Shown piece after piece: positions 43,201-51,631 of a stretch of DNA of 64,000 nt. Each line of letters starts with the position of its first letter. The first letter of the stretch is position 1. The notes below the pieces were generated by a model. It made no database searches. It was not told the DNA's origin and saw only the letters and a program-made list of their open reading frames with translations. The translations under genes and the position numbers were made by a program. Source of the DNA: Candidatus Anderseniibacteriota bacterium (GTDB lineage Bacteria > Patescibacteriota > Andersenbacteria > UBA10190); contig JACPWO010000004.1 of NCBI GenBank assembly GCA_016197005.1, positions 70,305 through 134,304 on the forward strand, given 5' to 3'.

Positions 43201-44285
43201 AGAGAATTCTGGATTCCGATGTTAATGATAACATCACCGGAAGTTTGATTTCCTGCTTCGGTATTATTATTTGATTCGTTTCCGCCCGTAATGACATCAA
43301 CATCGATGTCGTTTGTGACTTCGGTGTCGTTGGTGATATCGATATCACAATCATTAGTAACATCTACGGTATTAGTATTTGTTGATCCCTCCCCGGTATT
43401 TTCATTAGATTCTTCAATAGTTACGTTTACATCGTCGCACGGCGCAGGGCTAGGAGTAGGTATAGGGGTGGGAGTAGGAGTTGGGGTGATTGTCGGGGTT
43501 GGAGAAGGGGTGGGAAAAACAGCAGCCGTAGCAAGTGTGTTGCCGTTGATGAAAATAGCGTTTGATTTGAAGGCGGCCTGAGTTGATACCACACTCGTAA
43601 TGCCAATAAAGAAAAGGATATATATTCCAACCGATGTAATTTTTACTTTGTATTGCCTCCGCTCTTTAGGGAGTGCTCGAGGATGAAGAATGGAGTCAAG
43701 AAAAGGCAGCTTAAGAATGGAGGATGGTTTCAATAGAGGCATTTCAGATAATGGGGACGTACTAACCACTGTTGTTTTTACTGTTCGCAGTATTTTCGCG
43801 AGTTCGTCAGCAATGAGAAGGAGTAGTGGTACAAGAACAAAGATACTTACACCGATGGGTGTTTTCAAATATTCCAGTGCTCGACCAAGAAAGGGGATGT
43901 GATAGGTGTGCACACCCTGAATATCCTCGATGGCTACGGGACGGACATCTCGAATATCGTTTGCATCACCTTTAGTAATGAAATATTTTTTTCCACTATC
44001 TGTTTTTGTATCCACGATTCGATGAGTAGTAGCTGTTTGTGTCGATCCGGCTGGAGCAAACGTAATAATGTTTCCGACAGAGACTGCAGATATATCACGA
44101 GGGGTTTGTGCAATAACTAACGATCCCACGGCAACGGTTGGCTCCATGCTACCGCTTAAGACAGAATACAGACGAAAACCACCGGGGATAGAGAAGCGAG
44201 CAGCCATAAGAATTCCGACCACGAGTATAAAAAAACTTATGGTTAGGATTCTGAATATATAGGTAATTGTTTTATTCATAGTCAT
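43197..44285 (-). CDS. Type I signal peptidase (SipW/archaeal-type S26) with a long C-terminal extension (second TM, PT-rich linker, N/D/T-rich domain)
   Basis: 'SVLSGSMEPTVAVGSLV' (catalytic Ser). The C-terminal half contains a second SipW-cognate-like signal 'ITSVVSTQAAFKSNA' and 'PTPSPTPTITPTPTPTPIPTPSP'. Confidence 0.65.
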   Translation of the reverse strand: MTMNKTITYIFRILTISFFILVVGILMAARFSIPGGFRLYSVLSGSMEPTVAVGSLVIAQTPRDISAVSVGNIITFAPAGSTQTATTHRIVDTKTDSGKKYFITKGDANDIRDVRPVAIEDIQGVHTYHIPFLGRALEYLKTPIGVSIFVLVPLLLLIADELAKILRTVKTTVVSTSPLSEMPLLKPSSILKLPFLDSILHPRALPKERRQYKVKITSVGIYILFFIGITSVVSTQAAFKSNAIFINGNTLATAAVFPTPSPTPTITPTPTPTPIPTPSPAPCDDVNVTIEESNENTGEGSTNTNTVDVTNDCDIDITNDTEVTNDIDVDVITGGNESNNNTEAGNQTSGDVIINIGIQNSL

Positions 44286-44336
44286 AACAAGCTTCAGCGG
44301 AAGCTCAACTACAGGTTTGAGCTTCCAAGAAACGTA

Positions 44337-44990
44337 TTAACCTTCAACTAATCCTCCTGGATCTCCTCCAGGTCCTGACTCAGATGTTCCGACGAACTGA
44401 ATATCAAATGTACATGTTGCTCCTTGATCCTCCGCGTCGCTTGAAAGACTAGCAAACACAGTAACTTCTGCGTGTTGATCTGGGGTAAGAGATCCAACAG
44501 TAGTGGTGTTTGTGAACCAATCTGCGAGTGGTATATTTCCGCTCTCCTCTGCTCCAACTTTTATGTTGAGAGAAAGGTCGTTTTCTAACCCAGGGGCACT
44601 GCACACGGGTGCAGCTACAAATGTTGGCAGTAAGGTCATGGTCACATCAGAACTCCCAGGCGTTACCCCAGGTGCGTATGTATTACAGTTGGTTGTGTCG
44701 TTATTATTGTCGAGCGTACCGCTGTCGTTTCCGACGTACAGATCTTGTCCCAGTGTTAATTCCTCATCAGTATCTCCGGGAACAAGATTGTTTAGTGTCA
44801 TGCTTGGAGTGATTGTTGTTTTCCATCCATCACCCGCACTATTACAAAGCTTCAACTCTGCTGTTCCAGTAGCTAAGGTGTTGTTAGCGATAGTTACAGG
44901 AGTAGAGGTGAAGGCAGCGTAGGTAGCGCTGATGCCAAGCACTAAAACGATAGCAATAAAGCTCATGCTCTTCATGAGTTGCTTGTTCAT
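44337..44990 (-). CDS. TasA/camelysin-like secreted protein with a SipW-cognate-type signal peptide
   Basis: 'MNKQLMKSMSFIAIVLVLGISATYAAFTSTPV'; the A-x-F-T/S motif after the TM is typical of SipW substrates. Strong SD GGGAGGGGG upstream of ATG 44990. Confidence 0.5.
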   Translation of the reverse strand: MNKQLMKSMSFIAIVLVLGISATYAAFTSTPVTIANNTLATGTAELKLCNSAGDGWKTTITPSMTLNNLVPGDTDEELTLGQDLYVGNDSGTLDNNNDTTNCNTYAPGVTPGSSDVTMTLLPTFVAAPVCSAPGLENDLSLNIKVGAEESGNIPLADWFTNTTTVGSLTPDQHAEVTVFASLSSDAEDQGATCTFDIQFVGTSESGPGGDPGGLVEG

Positions 44991-45078
44991 ACAATCACCC
45001 CCTCCCAATGCATATCTTTCTTTAGTGTAGCCGGTAAAAATCACTTAACATAGGAAATGTTTCCACAGCTTCGATATT

Positions 45079-46014
45079 CTACTCAGATAAAGCTCTGATA
45101 TTTTCACGCATGAGATTTATGTATGTATCTCGAGGAGGAATGCCGCCAATGTCATCAAGTGTTTTCACAGAAAGACCTAAGTTATCTTGAAAGAACCGAG
45201 TAGCACCGATCGAATGTTCAGCTGGTTCATTGTAAAACGCACCAATATTATGCTCAGACACAAGTTTTTGGAGCCGCTGTATGTCGGATATTGATGGTTC
45301 TTTACCTGCAACTGGCTCATACGCAGCCGCAAGCTCAAAACCATACTGTTGAGCTAAGTATGACCAGGCATTATGCACAGCAATAAACTCAGTGTGTTTA
45401 GCGCTACGTGCTTGCAGCTGAAGTTCTTTTTCTACCGTGGCAAGTTCTTCGGTGTAAGCAATTAAATTGCTGGCGTATACCTCACTGTTTATAGGGTCAA
45501 TCTCCTGCAGGGTTTGGGCAATAGTAGTTGCGATTTGTTGTCCATTCGGAATTGTTAACCAATAATGAGGATCGGTTCCAGTCTCCTCGTGTTCGTCTCC
45601 TTCTTCACCCTCATGATGCTCATCTTCCGCTTCAAATTCACGGAGCTTTATACCTTCATCCACGGTAACAATTGGTACTTCTGTAGCTCGGGTAATGGCG
45701 TCAGCTGCCCACGCATCAAGCTTGTGACCGATGACAAAGAGTACTTTAGCGTTGTTAATATCGGTCAGTTGTTGAGGCGACAAATTGTAAGAATGGGGAG
45801 AAGCGCCAGGGGGAAGGAGCTGAATAACATACACGTCTTCTCCAGCGATGTTACGAGCAATATCAGCCAGAGGGAAAATAGTGGTAGCAATTGTGAGTCG
45901 AGAAGGTGGCTGCTCTACAGATTGTCTGGCAACTAGCGTAATAATACCGGCTGCTAAAAGGAGGACTACAACGGTAGTGATAATGAACAAATACTTTTGT
46001 GGAGATACAATCAT
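45079..46014 (-). CDS. znuA: Metal (Zn/Mn) ABC-transporter substrate-binding protein, ZnuA/TroA family
   Basis: Cluster-9 SBP fold with a His/Glu-rich loop 'EDEHHEGEEGDEHEETGTDPHYW'. Divergent from the zur gene. Confidence 0.75.
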   Translation of the reverse strand: MIVSPQKYLFIITTVVVLLLAAGIITLVARQSVEQPPSRLTIATTIFPLADIARNIAGEDVYVIQLLPPGASPHSYNLSPQQLTDINNAKVLFVIGHKLDAWAADAITRATEVPIVTVDEGIKLREFEAEDEHHEGEEGDEHEETGTDPHYWLTIPNGQQIATTIAQTLQEIDPINSEVYASNLIAYTEELATVEKELQLQARSAKHTEFIAVHNAWSYLAQQYGFELAAAYEPVAGKEPSISDIQRLQKLVSEHNIGAFYNEPAEHSIGATRFFQDNLGLSVKTLDDIGGIPPRDTYINLMRENIRALSE

Positions 46015-46084
46015 ATGAATTATTCTGATCTATTTAAGTATTAAAAGTAATAATATTCTTCAAGCGATTTAAGAGGCGTACATA

Positions 46085-46150
46085 ATGGGAAATGCATTTT
46101 AATATATGCGAATTATTTGCATTAGATAAAGAGTTGCATATATGCGAGTT
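46085..46150. promoter_or_regulatory. Divergent znuA/zur promoter region with Zur-box-like palindromes
   Basis: 'TGCGAATTATTTGCA' (46107-46121, 7-1-7 near-palindrome) and 'TGCATATATGCG' (46135-46146) lie in the AT-rich intergenic region. Confidence 0.45.
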
Positions 46151-46576
46151 ACTTGCAAGTATGAGTATGTGAATAACTCGATAGAAGAATTTAAGGAGCA
46201 GTTGAGAAAGGTCGGGTTGCGGATAACACCCGCTCGTTTAGTTATACTCACTCTCTTGCAAAACCACTCCAAGCCCCTGGAGGTTAGGTCGGTTTTACGA
46301 CTTCTGAAAGCGTCGGCTCCTGACCAGGCAACGGTATATCGGGCTCTTTCCTCGCTGACAACTTGTGGATTGGTAAAAGCAATCACGCTCAAATCTGGCA
46401 TTGTGAGTTATGAGATCGCAAATCTTCCGCATCATCATCATCTTATTTGTGAACGATGTGGGTACGTTGAAGATGTTGAGACGTGTTGTGAATCTCCTCG
46501 GCCACGAGTGGCATCATTTACCATAGTTAACGATCATCGTTTAGAATTTTCTGGGATTTGTAACAACTGCGCATGA
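46142..46576 (+). CDS. zur: Fur-family metalloregulator, probable Zur
   Basis: 'RITPARLVILTLL', 'ATVYRALSSL', 'HHHHLICERCGYVEDV...CC' (structural Zn site). The true start may be GTG 46169. Confidence 0.75.
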   Translation: MRVTCKYEYVNNSIEEFKEQLRKVGLRITPARLVILTLLQNHSKPLEVRSVLRLLKASAPDQATVYRALSSLTTCGLVKAITLKSGIVSYEIANLPHHHHLICERCGYVEDVETCCESPRPRVASFTIVNDHRLEFSGICNNCA

Positions 46577-47742
46577 TGACTGATACGAAAAAGTTTCTTT
46601 TGTACCTGTTGTTACTGGCTGTGGTGCCATCGTCAGTCCATGCACAAGATAATTCCTCGGAGTTTAAAGTTGTCCCTGAGGAATCAGTAACACCGCCGAT
46701 GATTGAACCGGAAGAGTTTTATCGAGGAGAGGTTATTGAAATTATAGAAGAGCATCAAGAAGATTTTGGGCTAGGTGGCACTCGACCGTTTGTTCAAACG
46801 ATAAAAGTAAAAGTTCTTACCGGACCAGAAACAGAGCAAGAAAAAACACTGGAATATGATTCGTTAATGGAAGAGCAGAAAGTAGCAATCGGACAGCGAG
46901 TTGTTCTCCTTACGCCGAATAACACGACTTACATCTTTGATCGCTACCGACTGCCAGCACTAGGAGGAATTCTTCTCTTGTTCGCGGCACTGGCAATTGC
47001 GTTTGCCGGATGGCGAGGACTGACATCTCTGGTTGGATTGGGAGTAAGCGTACTGGTCTTAGCTCTCTACGTGGTGCCGCGAATAATGGCTGGAGGAAAT
47101 CCACTCGTTGCCAGTCTGATCGGGGCGCTTATGATTACATTTGTATCTATTTACTTAGCCCATGGATTTAACCAGCGTACGACTATAGCAGTAACAAGTA
47201 CTCTTATCACTGTTGTATTAGCAATTGGACTAGCGCAGTTATTTGTCCAGTGGACAAGCTTAACCGGATCGGGATCGGAAGAGGCGTTTCACCTCCAAAC
47301 TTCCCCGATAGCATTTGTAAATCTAAAAGGACTACTCCTCGGCGGCATTATTATTGGTGCGTTGGGTGTTCTTGATGATATTACGACTGCTCAGACGGCT
47401 GCGGTGTATGAGATTTGGCGAGCAAATCCACGTCTTTCTCGTCGAGAATTATTTAAGCGAGGTACTTCAGTGGGAAAAGAACATATAACTTCCCTTGTTA
47501 ATACGCTTGCTTTGGCTTACGTGGGCGCTTCATTTCCTGCCCTTCTCCTTTTTACTGTGTACCAGCGACCGTGGTGGGTGGTAGTAAATACAGAGATGAT
47601 CTCAGAGGAAATTGTTCGTACTTTGGTAGGCAGTATTGCACTTATGGCGGCAGTTCCTATTAGTACTTCAATCGCTGTCTGGTGGCTTGCTCGTCGGCAG
47701 CTTGACGCCTCGGGGGGCCATGCGACAATTAAAGTACATTGA
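46573..47742 (+). CDS. YibE/F-family membrane protein
   Basis: Signal peptide, an ~100-aa soluble region, then about eight TMs; overlaps the zur stop by 4 nt. Confidence 0.5.
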   Translation: MMTDTKKFLLYLLLLAVVPSSVHAQDNSSEFKVVPEESVTPPMIEPEEFYRGEVIEIIEEHQEDFGLGGTRPFVQTIKVKVLTGPETEQEKTLEYDSLMEEQKVAIGQRVVLLTPNNTTYIFDRYRLPALGGILLLFAALAIAFAGWRGLTSLVGLGVSVLVLALYVVPRIMAGGNPLVASLIGALMITFVSIYLAHGFNQRTTIAVTSTLITVVLAIGLAQLFVQWTSLTGSGSEEAFHLQTSPIAFVNLKGLLLGGIIIGALGVLDDITTAQTAAVYEIWRANPRLSRRELFKRGTSVGKEHITSLVNTLALAYVGASFPALLLFTVYQRPWWVVVNTEMISEEIVRTLVGSIALMAAVPISTSIAVWWLARRQLDASGGHATIKVH

Positions 47743-47761
47743 TCCTTAAACGTAAAACAAT

Positions 47762-48178
47762 ATGACAATCGAAGTTAATTGGTTTTCAGTGTTAGCTGCC
47801 GCTGTATCTAGTATGGTGGTAGGAAGTATCTGGTATGCCAAACCAGTATTTGGCACAATCTGGCAGAAGCAAGTTAAGCTAACTGATGCGCAAATGAAAA
47901 AAGGTGCTACCAAAGCACTGACAGGAGCTTTTCTCCTCGCCATTATTGCTGCCTATGTGTTAGCTCACGTCACGCAGCTTTCGCAGGCTTTCTTTGGATA
48001 TACACCGGTCGTAGCAGCACTTAGTACTGCATTTTGGCTATGGCTTGGAATTTCCATGACAACTATTGTCATTCATGCCTTGTTCGAACAGCGCAACACA
48101 ACGCTCACGATTCTGCACGTCGCTAATCAGTTGGTGACAATGCTGGTTATGGGATTAGTGATTGGGCTGCTTCAATAA
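47762..48178 (+). CDS. DUF1761-family membrane protein
   Basis: 'NWFSVLAAAVSSMVVGSIWYAKPVFGTIW' matches the DUF1761 N-terminus pattern as I recall it. Confidence 0.4.
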   Translation: MTIEVNWFSVLAAAVSSMVVGSIWYAKPVFGTIWQKQVKLTDAQMKKGATKALTGAFLLAIIAAYVLAHVTQLSQAFFGYTPVVAALSTAFWLWLGISMTTIVIHALFEQRNTTLTILHVANQLVTMLVMGLVIGLLQ

Positions 48179-48195
48179 AATTCCGTTTTACAGAT

Positions 48196-48927
48196 ATGAA
48201 TAATGTTATTAGCGCCGTGATCGTTGCCGGACTATTTTATCTAGCCGGTCAGTATGTTGTTTCATCTCCGAATAGAGAACAGCAAGCTCTCGAGGCTGAT
48301 CGAGAAATTACCGTAGCTGGCGAATCCACTATTTCAACCCGCCCAGACATTGCAAAAATAACAGTAGGGACGCAAACGGAACCTCGTTCAACGGCGCAAG
48401 CCGCCCTGGAAGACCTAACAACCAAATTTGATCAAGTGGTGGATGCTTTAGAAAAAGTTGGCATTGAGGAAAAAGATATTCGCACCACCAATTTTTCGCT
48501 CAATCCTCAGTACGACTTCACTCCTGATGGTCGACAGACATTGCGAGGATATACCGCTTCAGAAAATGTCATTGTGACAGTTCGGGATTTAGAGAAGATT
48601 GGTGACGTCATATCCCAAACTACTGCCGCTGGAGCGAATCAAGTCGGTGGAGTTTCGTTTGAAATCGATGAAGACTCAGACATTAAAGCTCAAGCTGAAG
48701 AAGAAGCAATTCAAGACGCCCGAGAGAAGGCTGAACGCTTAGCTGATGCACTGGGGACTTCACTCGGATCTGTAAAAAGATACCAAGCTTCGTCTGGTGG
48801 TGGTTACCCAGTTCCTCTGTATGACACGCTGCAAGCTGAAGGTCGGGGAGGAGATGCGGCATTAAAAGTTCCAGTTGGTGAGAATGAAACGACAGTTAAT
48901 GTGTCGGTTACATTTGAATTGAGGTAG
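48196..48927 (+). CDS. SIMPL (DUF541/YggE-like) domain protein
   Basis: 'ITVAGESTISTRPDIAKITVGTQT...AQAALEDLTTKF...VGIEEKDIRTTNFSLNPQY'. Confidence 0.6.
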   Translation: MNNVISAVIVAGLFYLAGQYVVSSPNREQQALEADREITVAGESTISTRPDIAKITVGTQTEPRSTAQAALEDLTTKFDQVVDALEKVGIEEKDIRTTNFSLNPQYDFTPDGRQTLRGYTASENVIVTVRDLEKIGDVISQTTAAGANQVGGVSFEIDEDSDIKAQAEEEAIQDAREKAERLADALGTSLGSVKRYQASSGGGYPVPLYDTLQAEGRGGDAALKVPVGENETTVNVSVTFELR

Positions 48928-49000
48928 CTAGTAGTAATAAAAGGCTCCGCTATGATTTTAGGGAGCCACCAGATTCCTCGAGTTAGCCGTACCTTACCGG

Positions 49001-49621
49001 TTACAATTCACTAATCATCTTGTGAGTCTCGAGCACGATTTCCGCGACTTGAAATAGTTTAAGATTCTTCTTGTGGCGACCATATCCCGTGGAGTTTTGG
49101 GATTGTCTTCGCATAGTTCGCATAGCTTCTGCTCCAGTGCACCCAATTAATTCCATAAGTGCATCTTTTCCTTGCTCGATTGTTATTCTTTCTTGCAGTT
49201 TCCGGGCGCTTTCTTCTATATATGGGTAACGAGCGATTGCCCACTGGATAGCACACATAAGCTGGTGAGCTCCAATGGGTTTAATCAGTATGCCCATGGA
49301 ATTGGGACCCTTATTAACTGTTTGTGCTGTATCTTCAGATACGTTTCCAGTGAAAGATAGAACGGGAAGATGAATATTGTTATCCGCGAGCTGGACAGCG
49401 ACGTCTGAACAAGTGGTAGGGGGTAAGTGCAAATCAGCGAGAATCAAATCGGGAAGTTGGCTCTTTCGTCGTAGACGCATGCACGTTTCTAGTAGATCAG
49501 TGCCATCTTTGCATTCCGACAAAACGTTAATCTTTACCTTGATAAGTGCCTCCTTTATTGTGTTGAGGGACTGTTCATTAGGATCTGCTACAACAACAGA
49601 GTGTCTTTGTTTACACCACAT
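49001..49621 (-). CDS. Response regulator with a C-terminal ANTAR RNA-binding domain
   Basis: Receiver-like N-terminus ('VVVADPNE...LILADLHLP'); C-terminal 'AMELIGCTGAEAMRTMRRQSQNS' is ANTAR-like. Hairpin terminator downstream at 48935-48970. Confidence 0.55.
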   Translation of the reverse strand: MWCKQRHSVVVADPNEQSLNTIKEALIKVKINVLSECKDGTDLLETCMRLRRKSQLPDLILADLHLPPTTCSDVAVQLADNNIHLPVLSFTGNVSEDTAQTVNKGPNSMGILIKPIGAHQLMCAIQWAIARYPYIEESARKLQERITIEQGKDALMELIGCTGAEAMRTMRRQSQNSTGYGRHKKNLKLFQVAEIVLETHKMISEL

Positions 49622-49850
49622 GCTCCCCTCCAGAGGTAAGGAAACAAATGAGGTTGGAAAGTACAGTCAAGTCTCTTGGAACCACAGGAAAAGGTACCAC
49701 TCTAAAGCGTATTTGCAAAGGCTTTGGTGGGGTTGTTATCTTCTTGTCGGTTCTACGACTTAGTATGTTGATACTATGAACTCGTAGTAAATTAGGCCTA
49801 CGTAAAGATGAAAACTTGCCGGAAAAGAAGACCTTTGCCACTATAAGGGC

Positions 49851-50624
49851 GTGCCCTACATGTCATTTGCGGCTGATCTCAAAAGCCTTGGTCTTTCGGA
49901 TAAAGAAGCAGCGGTCTACATGGCTGCTTTGGGGCTGGGCCCAAGCACAGTCCTGAGAATTTCTCGAAGAGCGCAGGTAGCCCGTGCGACGACATATCTC
50001 GTGCTTGAGTCCCTGGCCAAACAAGGCCTCATCACAAAATACGAGGAAGCGGGGAAGATTTTGTTTGTCGCTGATAACCCCCATCAACTCAAGATATTAC
50101 TAGAGCGTCGAGAAAAGGAATTTCAGGAAAGCGAAGACCGACTTGAAAATCTTCTGCCGAAATTAATGGCTTTCGTGCAGTCTTCCGACGATCGTCCACT
50201 CGTAAAATATTACAGTGGTGTTGAAGGCTTGAAAGCCATTCGGACTGAAATGACTATGTCGAGTAAGCCAGGCGATGTATGGCGCAATTTATCCCCCTTT
50301 GATCCCATGCGCAAGCAGTTAGGAGACGAAGAGTTTTTATATGTAAAACCTCGACGGGCCAAATCCATTAAATCACGCACAATTTTTACTACTACATCTC
50401 CTGAATTAAAAAAGGTTACTCTTGAAAATGCCGCTAAACAATTAGTAGAGCGACGTTTCATTAACCCTAAGCGATATACAAGCACAAGTGGCTTTACCGT
50501 GTTCCCAGGAAAAGTTGGGATTGGAACATTCAGCGACAATGTCGGTGGAGTGATTATTGAAAGTGAATCAGTTGCCCAAATGATGACGGAACTTTTTGAT
50601 GCTGTTTGGGAGTCACTAAAGTAA
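49851..50624 (+). CDS. TrmB-family transcriptional regulator
   Basis: N-terminal 'LGLSDKEAAVYMAALGLGPSTVLRISRRAQVARATTYLVLESLAKQGLI' is the TrmB-type HTH; 257 aa. Confidence 0.55.
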   Translation: MPYMSFAADLKSLGLSDKEAAVYMAALGLGPSTVLRISRRAQVARATTYLVLESLAKQGLITKYEEAGKILFVADNPHQLKILLERREKEFQESEDRLENLLPKLMAFVQSSDDRPLVKYYSGVEGLKAIRTEMTMSSKPGDVWRNLSPFDPMRKQLGDEEFLYVKPRRAKSIKSRTIFTTTSPELKKVTLENAAKQLVERRFINPKRYTSTSGFTVFPGKVGIGTFSDNVGGVIIESESVAQMMTELFDAVWESLK

Positions 50625-50639
50625 CTCGTGTTAATAATC

Positions 50640-50667
50640 TTGACAGGTATTTTCTGACTCTTACTCT
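50640..50667 (+). promoter_or_regulatory. Near-consensus sigma70 promoter driving a ~440-nt noncoding transcript
   Basis: TTGACA (50640-50645), 16-nt spacer, TACTCT (50662-50667). Confidence 0.35.
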
Positions 50668-51052
50668 AACAAGTAAGGACATACTGCTGGCCCTATTGTG
50701 AAGCTTATCAGGGGCTAAAGGAAGAATCCCGATAACGTTTCGACGATAAGGTTCGGTTGTCCCCAGTAAGCCCATAGCGTGGCCAAACAACGAGTGCGAA
50801 TGTGCTTACGCTGTCGTCGAGGCCGCTAAGAAGCCCTCCCGATTTTTCAGGATTTCTTCTAAAAGGGTATAGGACATGACCCCAGTGGCCAAGATACTTC
50901 TGCTCAATTGGCACCATGCCGAGCGAGCTGTGAGAGACAGTCACATGAGGAGGTGCCTCACGATGAAGACTTTCAAAAGTCTGAATCTGAATGGCGTTGG
51001 GGGAGGCTAAGGTCTTCCCGACTGGAGATTATCCAGTTGCACGTTGCGTTTC

Positions 51053-51110
51053 AGCCCGACAGTTTATTTCGTCTTCAGACGAGAAACAACTGTCGGGCTC
51101 CTTTCTTTTG
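51053..51110 (+). terminator. Strong intrinsic terminator
   Basis: 'AGCCCGACAG...CTGTCGGGCT' 10-bp arms enclosing the inner hairpin 'CGTCTtcAGACG', then 'CCTTTCTTTTG'. Confidence 0.6.
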
Positions 51111-51206
51111 TAATAAGGTGTTAACCACTCTGACACTTCCTTATTGCGATACTGTCTCAATGTCAGAGACTGAAAACATGTATAGAGAGAGGGGAGGTGA
51201 GGACAG

Positions 51207-51623
51207 ATGGCACTTGCAATCGGATTGTTTCCTAACAGTAGAAACACCATGGAAGCGTCAAATCAAATGGCGCGCTTTGGAATCACTCGAAAAGATATTG
51301 CAGTCGCAACTGCTGGCGAAGCGCCGCAGAGTAATCCCGTCAAACCTCTTTCTGTATCGGGGTTTCTAGAGGACTCTTTGCGTCGGGGGGGAATTCGGAC
51401 AGTAGGAACAGATATCGTAATTCAAATGGTTCGAGAGGGAATCAGTCTCAAGGATGCGTTTGCTTCACTGCAAGGTATCAAGAAGGGGTATACGATGCTT
51501 GCGGTTCATACGCAGTCATCTGAGTCCCCCTGGATCGCTGAATTGATGCGGCGTAACGGAGCGGTGGAAGCTCATGATTCTGAGACAGAAGCTGGCATGA
51601 AAAAACTCGCAATGGTGGCGTAA
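51207..51623 (+). CDS. General-stress-protein-like (YflT-like) protein
   Basis: 138 aa; SD 'GAGGGGAGGTGAGG' upstream; weak resemblance to the YflT/GsiB-type stress domain. Confidence 0.35.
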   Translation: MALAIGLFPNSRNTMEASNQMARFGITRKDIAVATAGEAPQSNPVKPLSVSGFLEDSLRRGGIRTVGTDIVIQMVREGISLKDAFASLQGIKKGYTMLAVHTQSSESPWIAELMRRNGAVEAHDSETEAGMKKLAMVA

Positions 51624-51631
51624 ATATTGCC

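Noticed and set aside
50676-51110. tmRNA (ssrA) or RNase P RNA identity for the ~440-nt noncoding unit
   Set aside because: Although it begins with 'GGGGCU...UUCGACG', reminiscent of a tmRNA 5' end, I found no tag-reading frame ending in ...AA-stop. There is no GGUUCGA-type T-arm and no 3' ...CCA acceptor complement. There are no RNase P P4 or 'GGAAAGUCC', 'GGUAAGAGCGCACC' or 'ACAGAACCCGGCUUA' motifs. The 'GUCGGGCUCC' match is just the terminator stem. Left as an unassigned candidate ncRNA.
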